Assembly: GCA_965277265.1 (NCBI GenBank)
Contig: CBDICF010000002.1
Location: 274,449-338,448 of the forward strand
Direction: 5' to 3'
Source of the DNA: Edaphobacter sp.
GTDB taxonomy: Bacteria; Acidobacteriota; Terriglobia; Terriglobales; Acidobacteriaceae
Length of the DNA stretch: 64,000 nt
Position 1 is the stretch's first letter, and the number at the start of each line of letters is the position of its first letter. The position numbers were made by a program, and so were the translations under genes. The notes below the pieces were generated by a model. That model saw only the letters and a list, made by a program, of their open reading frames with translations, ran no database searches and was not told where the DNA came from. Positions 39,141-47,712 of the stretch are shown one piece after another.

Positions 39141-40496
39141 ATGTCCGAATCGGAGAGGCTCTTTTTGAAATTTCAGACGAGTGAAACAGTTCCGGGGCAC
39201 GATCCGGAGAGGGTGCTGAATGCACTAGAGGTGGCTCTGCGCAATACTTTCGAGGAGGTGTCTCGGGAGGGTGCCCGCCTTTCGGTGCGCGGGTTGGGGC
39301 CTTCGCCGCGAAGGGTGAACCTTCAGGATGTGACGGAGCTCTCAGTCGAAGCGATGCAGGGAGGATCTGTAATCAAAGCGGATATGAGCTTTCAAGCTTC
39401 GGCGCTGCTGGGGGATATGCCGCAGAACGAACTGGTGCGGTCGAAGCTGGAGGGCGTATTCCAGCAGATGAAGGCACAGCTGGATCTGGAGACCATAAGG
39501 ACTCCGGTCGTTGCGGCGAACGGGGCAGGTAGTCTGGGTGATCCTTCGGGGAGCGAAGCGGCTACGACTGCGGTTGGAAAGGGTGTCGAGGCTCAACCCG
39601 TGGTGATGGTCGTGCCACCGGCTGAGGATGTGACGGATGAGGATGGTTCGAACGGTGTAATCGAGACGGTGCCCGAAGCCGTGGAGGTAGTCCGGAGCGC
39701 GAAGACGCCGGATTGGGGTGCTGCGCCAGCGCTCGAAGTGGTGAAGCCCGATGTGACGAAACATCCCCTGCGGAGGGTCGAAATGACGAAGCCCGATGTG
39801 GCCAATGAGGACGTCACGAAAACCGCTGCGGTGGAGACCCAGGTCGCGAACTTCAGTCGTGCGGGGTCTTCCGACTGGGTCGTCGATTCCTCGGTGGAAG
39901 CCGCGGGGATGGAGGAGGAGTCCGGGTGGAGCTTTGGGGAGCGGCTTGGCTTAGCTTTCGCTGTACTGATCCTGGTCGTGCTTTCGGCTGCGGGTGCGTA
40001 TCTGTTCTGGGGACGTTATCAGACGACAGCGGAAAGAAATGCCGTCGCGATTTCCCAGAGAAAAGCAGCAGATGCGTCCCGCATGGCCGCAGCTTCTGCC
40101 GGCGCGGGGCACATGGGTAGCGATTTGACGGATCCCAAGGCATGGGTGGAGAAGTGGGGCGATGCGATGCGGTCGAGTGACGCTGCGACACAGGCTTCGT
40201 TCTACGCCATTCCGGTTTCTCGCTATTTATTGAAGTGGAATGTGAGCAGGGAAGAACTGGTGAAAGAAAAGCAAGCGGCGATCAATGCCCGAAAGGGATT
40301 GTGGACAGTGCGGCTGGAGAAGATTGTGGTGGAGAAGGAGACGGCTTCGGATGCTACTGTTCGGCTGGTAAAGCATTCGATGGTGCAGGTCCTGCCGTAC
40401 AAGATCTCGGAGCGGTGGGTCAAGACGAGGCTGCAGCTAAAACGGATAGATGGGCGGTGGAAGATCATTTCGGAACGCGACATTCTGCCTGATTGA
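39141..40496 (+). CDS. Membrane protein: N-terminal domain, acidic linker, one TM helix, C-terminal NTF2-like domain
   Basis: TM LGLAFAVLILVVLSAAGAYLFW; C-terminal ..RLQLKRIDGRWKIISE typical of the NTF2 fold. Confidence 0.7.
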   Translation: MSESERLFLKFQTSETVPGHDPERVLNALEVALRNTFEEVSREGARLSVRGLGPSPRRVNLQDVTELSVEAMQGGSVIKADMSFQASALLGDMPQNELVRSKLEGVFQQMKAQLDLETIRTPVVAANGAGSLGDPSGSEAATTAVGKGVEAQPVVMVVPPAEDVTDEDGSNGVIETVPEAVEVVRSAKTPDWGAAPALEVVKPDVTKHPLRRVEMTKPDVANEDVTKTAAVETQVANFSRAGSSDWVVDSSVEAAGMEEESGWSFGERLGLAFAVLILVVLSAAGAYLFWGRYQTTAERNAVAISQRKAADASRMAAASAGAGHMGSDLTDPKAWVEKWGDAMRSSDAATQASFYAIPVSRYLLKWNVSREELVKEKQAAINARKGLWTVRLEKIVVEKETASDATVRLVKHSMVQVLPYKISERWVKTRLQLKRIDGRWKIISERDILPD

Positions 40497-40661
40497 GATA
40501 TCCCGGCTCTTTCAATTTCTCAGGCGATCTGCGAGCTTCGTGCGTGCGCGTTGGAGATTCGTGCCGTTCTTTCGATAGACTGGAAGGCATACTGCCGAAG
40601 CGGCTTCAGATCTACCTGGAATTGTGCCGGTGTCAGTCTAAACATAAAGGATTTGCCTCTT

Positions 40662-41255
40662 ATGAAGTTGCGGTTTCTTGTTGTATGCCTCGCGCCAGTT
40701 CTTCTAACGACCGCTGCGCGTGCGCAATTCGGCCTGTACGTCAACCCGGTTGGCGTCCATGTGAGCAATTCGAAGACCGATACAGGCTCATTTGCATTTC
40801 TGGGCGAAAATACCACATCCCGGACATTTTATGGCGCCAACATTGGCGGCTACTATGATTTTTTCCATGCCTCCAAGGCTGATGTCGGGGTGGATATACG
40901 GGATTCGATCGTGAAGGGAAACAATGCCTCGCTCAACAGCTTCCTGGTGGGGGTGCGGGTTGCGGCCAAGCCGATCGCGAATTCATTCAAGCCTTATGTG
41001 CAGATATCGGCTGGAGTGGGAAGCTCGAAGCCGCCGACCAGCACGGTTCACCTGAGCAGGGTGGCTTATGGGATCTTCGGCGGCCTCGACTACACGCTTG
41101 CCAGTCATGTAGATTTTCGCGTGGTGGAGTTGGGTTACGGTTCGGTGGGGACAGTGAGCAGCGGGAATTTTGGAGGCACTGAAGGCCAGCTGACCTCACG
41201 CCTGTTCAGCGTGAGTACGGGGCTGGTGTTCCGATTCAATTTGCCTGGTAAATAG
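40662..41255 (+). CDS. Small outer-membrane beta-barrel protein
   Basis: Signal peptide; alternating aromatic strands (KPYVQISAGVG, YGIFGGLDY); terminal GLVFRF. Confidence 0.75.
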   Translation: MKLRFLVVCLAPVLLTTAARAQFGLYVNPVGVHVSNSKTDTGSFAFLGENTTSRTFYGANIGGYYDFFHASKADVGVDIRDSIVKGNNASLNSFLVGVRVAAKPIANSFKPYVQISAGVGSSKPPTSTVHLSRVAYGIFGGLDYTLASHVDFRVVELGYGSVGTVSSGNFGGTEGQLTSRLFSVSTGLVFRFNLPGK

Positions 41256-41407
41256 GGCGGTTTTTTGCCAAGAGAGACTCGCCGCCGACTTTGCTGTTGG
41301 CGGCCAGTTGAAATATGGCCGGACGGTGACCGCCGATCAGCGCGGAACAAGGCGAATCGTTTCCTGTGCGGCTTCGCTGGCAATCGCACTCGGGTAAGTG
41401 CCGTTCC

Positions 41408-42907
41408 TTAGCGGGGGGTTAGCTGCATCATCAATGGGCCCTTGGGGCGAAGAGTGATTTTAGCCTGGACTTCGGGCGGGGTGGCCCCGAGGTAGCTCAT
41501 ACGCCAGCGACTCGCGATGGTAGCGATGGAGAAGACGCCCTCCATCCAGGCGAAGCTCTCACCGATACACTGTCGGCTGCCGCCGCCGAAGGGGAAGTAG
41601 GTGAACTTCGGGCGCGCAGCTTTGTTCTCCGGGGAGAAGCGGTCGGGATCGAAACGGAGAGGATCGGGGAAGTACTGTGGGTCGCGGCCCATGATGTACT
41701 GGCTGAAGAAGAAGTGTGCGCCCGGCGGGATGCGATAGGGTCCGAGAGTGACGGGTTGGGTGGACATGCGGCCCATGGCCCAGGCAGGAGGGTAAAGGCG
41801 CATGGATTCGGCGAAGACCTGCTCGGTGTAGCGCAAGGCGGGGTAGTCGGCAAGAGTGGGGAGACGGCGAGTTTCGGAGGCCCTGTGGGAACCCTCGTCG
41901 CAAAGTCCGGACACGGAGCACCCGGAATCTTGGCTGGCTGGAGAGCCGAGGACGGCGTTTAGTTCGGCGTGAAGACGGGCTTCGACCTCGGGGTTCTGGC
42001 TGAGAAGATACCAGGTCCAGGCCAGCCCGTTGGCGACGGTCTCGTAGCCGGCCAGAAAGATGGTGAGGACCTCGTCGCGGACCTGCTCGTCGGACATGCC
42101 GGCGCGCTGGCTGTCATCTTCGTCGCGGCTGCTGAGGAGCATGGAGAGGAGATCGCCCCGGTCGAGTTCTCCTCGGGCTATGGACGTGCGGCGCTCGCCG
42201 ACAAGGCGGTCGACGATGGCATCGAGGCGGCCTTTGGAGCGGCGAAATTTTCTGATGCCGGGGATCGGGAGGTTCAGGAATGACTCGATCTTCGGAAAGG
42301 CGACGATGAAGTTGTAGAGGTCCATGATGGTGTTGACCTCATCGTTGATGCTGCGGATGTCGGCGGTGACTTCGCTGTCAAAGAGCGTGCGCGCGACGAT
42401 TTCGAGCGAGAGGGCCATGCTGCCGGCGGCGATGTCGATGTGCTGGCCGGGCTCCCAGTTTCGCTGCTGGGCGGCCGCGCAGGCGACAATCTGGTCTCCG
42501 TAGGCGGCGATGCGCTGGCGGTGGAAGGCGGGGGCGGCGATCTTGCGCTGCCGCATGTGGATGGGGTCGTCGGAGGTGATCAGACCTTCGCCGAGGAGAA
42601 TCTTCATGCGGCGAACGGTGCGTTCCTTGACGAAGCTGGCGGCTTGATTGATGAGAATTTCACGGATGTAGTTGGGATCATTGATGAAGACGATCGGCGT
42701 GCCGAGAAATTTATAGTGGGCGATGTTGCCGTAGGTTTTGAGGAGGTGCTCGAAGAGGAGGATGGGGCTGCCGAGCTTTACCCAGGGTTTGTGGGCGTAG
42801 AAGGGAAGCGAGCGCTTGAGGCCGGGCGGCATGAGCCACTTGCCGGGTTCTTCCGTATCGGATCTCGGCTCAGGCGGGTTGCGAAGGGTGGGTGTCGGGG
42901 TTGTCAT
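41408..42907 (-). CDS. Cytochrome P450
   Basis: AGYETVA I-helix, ESMR (ExxR), FDPDRF, FGGGSRQCIG heme motif. Confidence 0.95.
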   Translation of the reverse strand: MTTPTPTLRNPPEPRSDTEEPGKWLMPPGLKRSLPFYAHKPWVKLGSPILLFEHLLKTYGNIAHYKFLGTPIVFINDPNYIREILINQAASFVKERTVRRMKILLGEGLITSDDPIHMRQRKIAAPAFHRQRIAAYGDQIVACAAAQQRNWEPGQHIDIAAGSMALSLEIVARTLFDSEVTADIRSINDEVNTIMDLYNFIVAFPKIESFLNLPIPGIRKFRRSKGRLDAIVDRLVGERRTSIARGELDRGDLLSMLLSSRDEDDSQRAGMSDEQVRDEVLTIFLAGYETVANGLAWTWYLLSQNPEVEARLHAELNAVLGSPASQDSGCSVSGLCDEGSHRASETRRLPTLADYPALRYTEQVFAESMRLYPPAWAMGRMSTQPVTLGPYRIPPGAHFFFSQYIMGRDPQYFPDPLRFDPDRFSPENKAARPKFTYFPFGGGSRQCIGESFAWMEGVFSIATIASRWRMSYLGATPPEVQAKITLRPKGPLMMQLTPR

Positions 42908-42982
42908 CAGGTGCCGTACGGCGTAACGGTGATACAAGGGATGACTACTGGATAGCATCGGATTGGACGATCGCCTGGCGGA

Positions 42983-43657
42983 TCAGAGTGCCGAAGTGGC
43001 TAGTCTGGCGGACACAATACGATGGATGACGGTTTGGATCTGGCCGATGGATGCTTCGTCGCGGATCGGCACGATGCGGTGAGGTTCGCGGGCGGCTATC
43101 TCTTCGTATTTGTCGTAGATGCGCCGGTAGAAGTCGTCGGACTCTTGCTCGAAGCGGTTTTCGTCGGTGCCGTGCTCTTCGACGTGGCGCTGATTGCGGC
43201 GGCGGGCGCGGCGAAGGGACGACTCGAGAGAGGGGAGCAGGAGAAGTGTGAGGTCGGGCTGTAGGTTGTCACAGGCAGCGGCGTGCATGGCGAGGATGCG
43301 CTCGCTGCCGAGCTGGCGGCCCCCGCCCTGGTAGGCCTCGGAGGAGTCGGTGTAACGGTCGCAGAGGACGATGCCGCCGCCGGCAAGAGCGGGGAGGATG
43401 ACCTGGGCGATCGATTGGGCGCGGTCGGCGAACATGAGGGCCATCTCGGAGGCAGGAGCGATGGGGCCGAGGGCGGCTTCGGAGCGGGAGTCGAGCAGGA
43501 TACCTCGAACCCGGTCGCCGAGGGCGGTGCTGCCGGGTTGGCGAAGAGTTGTCACGCGATGGCCTTCGGCTTCCAGCGAAGCGGCGAGACGGCGGAGTTG
43601 GGTAGTCTTTCCGGAGCCGTCGAGCCCCTCGAAGGTGATGAAATAGCCGCTCGGCAT
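42983..43657 (-). CDS. tmk: Thymidylate kinase
   Basis: FITFEGLDGSGKTTQ, CDRYTDSSEAYQG, PDLTLLL, DENRFE; start 43657 or 43663. Confidence 0.93.
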   Translation of the reverse strand: MPSGYFITFEGLDGSGKTTQLRRLAASLEAEGHRVTTLRQPGSTALGDRVRGILLDSRSEAALGPIAPASEMALMFADRAQSIAQVILPALAGGGIVLCDRYTDSSEAYQGGGRQLGSERILAMHAAACDNLQPDLTLLLLPSLESSLRRARRRNQRHVEEHGTDENRFEQESDDFYRRIYDKYEEIAAREPHRIVPIRDEASIGQIQTVIHRIVSARLATSAL

Positions 43658-43883
43658 AGACATCAGGTTATCGCAGATGGACACGGACGGGCAGGACGGC
43701 ATCCCATGAAGGGGAGGCGGCGCTACAGGATGGAAGACGGAAGCACGACGTTGCGCCCCGTGAAAATCGTTCGATTCAGGGTAGAAGGTTATTTCCAGGG
43801 CTCGTTCCACTGGCCCGAGATGATGCTGACCAGCTATGACGAGAGCATCTGCAGAGCCGCTCTTTCAGATTGGAGACAATTCG

Positions 43884-44039
43884 ATGCTTACGGTTATTTT
43901 TGTCGGGATTATGGTTGCACTGCTGGTGGTTGCCGGCGTGTTCGGGTTGATGGCGAAGGACAAAAAGCGGCAGGGCAAGAGCGGTTCACCCGACGCGGCG
44001 GGCAGCGGTAAGGAGGGACGGGCACCGGGTCTGGACTAA
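43884..44039 (+). CDS. Small single-TM protein (51 aa)
   Basis: MLTVIFVGIMVALLVVAGVFGLMAKDKKRQ..; GGAG SD upstream. Confidence 0.5.
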   Translation: MLTVIFVGIMVALLVVAGVFGLMAKDKKRQGKSGSPDAAGSGKEGRAPGLD

Positions 44040-44131
44040 AGCCAGAGACGAAGCAGTGTCGAGAAGATTCACGTGGCCCGTCAGGAACGAGCAACGGCCA
44101 GCAGTGGGAAGCGGGGATTCCGCTGCTACAG

Positions 44132-44491
44132 CTATTTGGACGGAGCTATGGCGCGGGATGATTGCCAGGTGACAGCTTCGGGGGTGATCGTGATTGCGAG
44201 TGGGCCTTCGGCACCCTCCTTGAGGAACGGGCCGGTTGAGGTGTGGTCGTGATGCGCACTGTCTGTGTAGAGGAGCTTCATGCTGCCTTCGCCGAGAACC
44301 TTGAAGCGATAGTGAAAAGTTGCGCCGGGGGACAGGCTTTCGGTTCCGAAGCTGGCGCTCGGGTAATCGACCTCAAGCAATTCGATCGTCTGCGTAGTCC
44401 GGTTGCTTACAGCGGCTTCGACGTAAGGGGAGTGGCAGCCGATCGCCGCAGGGAGGATAGCGGAGACGGCAAGTGCGTGTAGGAAACGCAT
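44132..44491 (-). CDS. Small lipoprotein
   Basis: MRFLHALAVSAILPAAIG-C lipobox-like sequence; TACTCT 7 nt before the ATG. Confidence 0.7.
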   Translation of the reverse strand: MRFLHALAVSAILPAAIGCHSPYVEAAVSNRTTQTIELLEVDYPSASFGTESLSPGATFHYRFKVLGEGSMKLLYTDSAHHDHTSTGPFLKEGAEGPLAITITPEAVTWQSSRAIAPSK

Positions 44492-44667
44492 AGCCTCAAG
44501 AGTATCAGCGTCGGGTGTGTACTGAGATGTGCGGAAGCGTGGAACCGCAAAGCAAATGACCTCCGCGGACTTTGAGGCGATTGTCGGATGAGAGACATGG
44601 CTGCATCCCATGTCCCATTCCGCTCCTCTGTGTGAGGCCCGGCGGCTTGAGTCAGCAGGATTCCGAA

Positions 44668-45519
44668 CTACTCAAACGGAAACAATTCGGGGTTTGTGAA
44701 GGCTGGCCTTTCGAGGACGCGCGCGGCCAGGACGGCGCCGGATCGGTTGTCGTGCAAAGTGATAGGAAAGGCGAGGACGCTCCAGGTGAGGTTGCCTTCA
44801 TCAGACCGGGGGAGGCTCAGCAGACCGCGATGGGTCCGATCGATGTACGTTTCGCGGGTGAGGCAGACGTTCTGGATGATTTCCCGCCAGTCGCGCATGA
44901 GAGTGGACATCTCCTCGAAAATACTGCGTCCGAGGAACCATTCGCGAGGCTGCTGGAAGTAGTGGGCTGCGGCGTCGTTGCAGTGCTGCCAGATACCATT
45001 TGAGTCGAACACCTGAACCAGGACGTCGGAGCCGATGGCCATGGCGATGCGGGAATAATAAAAGTCGCGGGCGTCCACGACGACGGGTGCGCCGCGGCGC
45101 TTGGCTTCGAGCGAGCTGAGGGCGTCAAGGAGGTCTTCGACCGAGCTGTGGCCCTTCAGCAGATGCATGTCTTCGACGCCGCCGAAGAAACGCTCGAGAG
45201 TTGCAGAGAGAATGATGATGGGGACGTGGGGACGCCGACGACGGAGGAGTTCGGCGACTTCGGTGCCAAACTGCCCGGCGCCGAGATGGTAGTCGAGAAC
45301 GGCGATATCGATATTGTTGAGCACTTCCGTGGCTTCCTCTATGGTGCTGGCGGGGATGCACTCATAGCGGTGCTGGCGCAGGATGGCGGTACGGAGCAGG
45401 AGGTTGGTGGGTTCGTCATCGAGCAGAAGGATGCGCACTGGCTGAATGGCGCGGCTCGGCGTCTGAGAGGAGCTGCTGACGAGGCTGTCGGGAGGTTCAA
45501 TCACGGTCCTGATCCTCAT
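44668..45519 (-). CDS. Receiver (REC) plus PAS-like domain protein without an output domain
   Basis: ILLLDDE, AVLDYHL, IILSA, LLKG; C-terminal VQVFDSNG..CNDAAAHYF..WFLGRS PAS pattern. Confidence 0.8.
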   Translation of the reverse strand: MRIRTVIEPPDSLVSSSSQTPSRAIQPVRILLLDDEPTNLLLRTAILRQHRYECIPASTIEEATEVLNNIDIAVLDYHLGAGQFGTEVAELLRRRRPHVPIIILSATLERFFGGVEDMHLLKGHSSVEDLLDALSSLEAKRRGAPVVVDARDFYYSRIAMAIGSDVLVQVFDSNGIWQHCNDAAAHYFQQPREWFLGRSIFEEMSTLMRDWREIIQNVCLTRETYIDRTHRGLLSLPRSDEGNLTWSVLAFPITLHDNRSGAVLAARVLERPAFTNPELFPFE

Positions 45520-45568
45520 GGATTTTGTACAGCTCTTTGTTATACGACCAAAGTCACCATTTGGATGG

Positions 45569-46588
45569 TTATTTTAGTGTAGTCTTCAGGCCGCGGACTA
45601 CCTCCGGGAATCGATTGAAGAGAGCCACGGCCCGAAGCCACTGGCGGTTTTCAATCGCCGGGTACCCGCTGACCACCTTCCCGGGAGCTACATCGTTCGG
45701 GATACCGCTTTGAGCCGTAGCGATCGCGCCGTCCCCCACGGTGCAATGGCCGGCAACGCCGACCTGACCTGCGAGGATGACATTGTTGCCGATCATGGAT
45801 GAGCCCGCGAGGCCCACCTGAGCACAGAGCAGGGTGTTCACGCCCACCGTGGAGCCATGGCCCACCTGTACGAGGTTGTCGATCTTTGCGCCGGCGCGGA
45901 TGCGCGTTTCGCCTATGGAGGCGCGGTCGATGCAGGCGTTGGCCTGGATTTCCACGGAGTCCTCGAGAATAGCGGGGCCGGACTGCAGGATTTTGTACCA
46001 GCCGGTGCCTTGAGAGGATGGGTCGGGCTGGCGGGCGAAGCCGAAGCCGTCGGCTCCGATGATGGCTCCGTTCTGCAGGGTGACATTATCGCCCAATCGG
46101 CAATGTTCGCGGACTATGGCGTGGGCGTGAGCGAACAAGTTATTCCCGGCGTGGACATGTGGGTAGAGAACCACGTGGGGTAGCAGGGTGGCGTTGTCTC
46201 CGAGGATGACATGGTCGCCGATGACGACGTAGGCGCCGATGTGGGAGTTGACTCCGATGGTCGCAGTGGGGGAGATGACGGCGGTGGGATGGATGCCGGG
46301 CGCATAGGCCGGAAGCTGGTGAAAGAGCTCGATGGCTCTGGCGAAGGCGAGGTAAGGGTTTTCGATTCGGAGCGTGGGGGTTGTCAGCTCGGCGAAAGAT
46401 GGCTCAACCAGAATGGCGGCGGCGCACGTGGTGCGAGCGAGGCCGGCGTATTTCGGGTTAGCGACGAAGGTGAGGTCGCCGGGCGTGGCGGATTCTATGC
46501 CTGCAACGCCGGTAACCTGCGCATCCGGGTCGCCTTGAAGGATGGCGCCGAGTTGCTCGGCTAGCTCGGCTAACGTGAGGGCAGGCAT
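45569..46588 (-). CDS. lpxD: UDP-3-O-acyl-glucosamine N-acyltransferase
   Basis: FVANPKY, NPYLAFA, hexapeptide repeats, [26 protein letters not shown]. Confidence 0.95.
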   Translation of the reverse strand: MPALTLAELAEQLGAILQGDPDAQVTGVAGIESATPGDLTFVANPKYAGLARTTCAAAILVEPSFAELTTPTLRIENPYLAFARAIELFHQLPAYAPGIHPTAVISPTATIGVNSHIGAYVVIGDHVILGDNATLLPHVVLYPHVHAGNNLFAHAHAIVREHCRLGDNVTLQNGAIIGADGFGFARQPDPSSQGTGWYKILQSGPAILEDSVEIQANACIDRASIGETRIRAGAKIDNLVQVGHGSTVGVNTLLCAQVGLAGSSMIGNNVILAGQVGVAGHCTVGDGAIATAQSGIPNDVAPGKVVSGYPAIENRQWLRAVALFNRFPEVVRGLKTTLK

Positions 46589-46705
46589 GTACAGATTGTA
46601 ATTCGCGAAGCGGGATATGGACTGGAGCAGGAAGCGACTGCGACACTGGCTCGGCGGTGCGGTCCTGCTCGTTGGCTAGCTCGATTTTGCACTCAGGGCG
46701 GAGGG

Positions 46706-46882
46706 TTACAGTAACAGCCAGAGGGTATAGGCAACCAGAATAGCTATACCGGCCACCAGGCATACCCGGCGGCCTATACGGTCGCGCTTGCGTTCAATTT
46801 CAAGGAACTGGCCGCTGGCTGCTCCGCGGCCTATCGCGATGAGCGCGAGAGCGAAGGCAATGATGGGGAAAAGGAGAGCCAT
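46706..46882 (-). CDS. Small two-TM membrane protein (58 aa) absent from the ORF track
   Basis: Hand translation MALLFPIIAFALALIAIGRGAASGQFLEIERKRDRIGRRVCLVAGIAILVAYTLWLLL*. Confidence 0.55.
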   Translation of the reverse strand: MALLFPIIAFALALIAIGRGAASGQFLEIERKRDRIGRRVCLVAGIAILVAYTLWLLL

Positions 46883-46925
46883 TTTGAGGGTAGGCGGCGC
46901 GTGTGGCAGCGGGGCGGTTGATGCT

Positions 46926-47486
46926 TTAGTTCAGGCGTGTGTTGGGCGGAATCAGGCTGTCGAAGAGTTCTTCCTGCAGGGTAGGGGAGGAGGGGAGCGG
47001 CTTGCGGCGGGATGGAGAGGTGATCACGGCAACGAGCTGGAGGTGGGTGAGGGCGGCGCGGGGGACATAGATCCGTTGCGTGTTGGACCGGATGTCGGGT
47101 GGCGTGAGGTGCAGGCCTGCATCGTTGAGCACATCGTCGAGGAGGCTGACATCGATCGGGGCGAGGCCTTCGAGGAGATCGCCGCTACGGAACGTCATAC
47201 GAAGCCAGAGGCCCTCGGTGCGGGGGCGGGCGAGAAAGGTCCGCCGCATCAGGCGCTCGGGATTGAGGGTGTCAGCGAGATTGAAGTCCCGGACAAAGCT
47301 GATGTGCTTGATGTCGTCGAGGGGAAGCTGGAGGACTCGTCCGCTGAGGTCGAGCAGACCGATGGTGCGCTCGGGCGGCGATGAAGATAACTGGTGGCGG
47401 TCGACGAACCCGGAGAGCGGCAGATATCCGGGGAGGAGGGCGCCGGTGAAGCGGCGAACAATGACCTTCTTGCGGGTGGAGGACAT
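46926..47486 (-). CDS. Conserved hypothetical protein (two repeated beta modules)
   Basis: MSSTRKKVIVRR..; RPRTEGLWLRMTF, PPDIRSNTQRIYVP; typical codon usage. Confidence 0.7.
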   Translation of the reverse strand: MSSTRKKVIVRRFTGALLPGYLPLSGFVDRHQLSSSPPERTIGLLDLSGRVLQLPLDDIKHISFVRDFNLADTLNPERLMRRTFLARPRTEGLWLRMTFRSGDLLEGLAPIDVSLLDDVLNDAGLHLTPPDIRSNTQRIYVPRAALTHLQLVAVITSPSRRKPLPSSPTLQEELFDSLIPPNTRLN

Positions 47487-47712
47487 GGGTGGTGGCGAAT
47501 TGTCGCACGGGAGCGGAAGGAGCAGCGAAAAAGGTGCACAAAAGGTAGTCAAGTTGCTACTGCTGTGTTACATTGGCCTTTTGCGTCTGACAGACATCAT
47601 CTTCTAAACGACTGATTCTCTGTAATTTAGTTCCGGCCGACAAGGTATGGGCCAAAGTTTATCAGAATCAAGGCGCACCGGTTAGGACCGGTTTGGAGTA
47701 AACGTAACAGAT

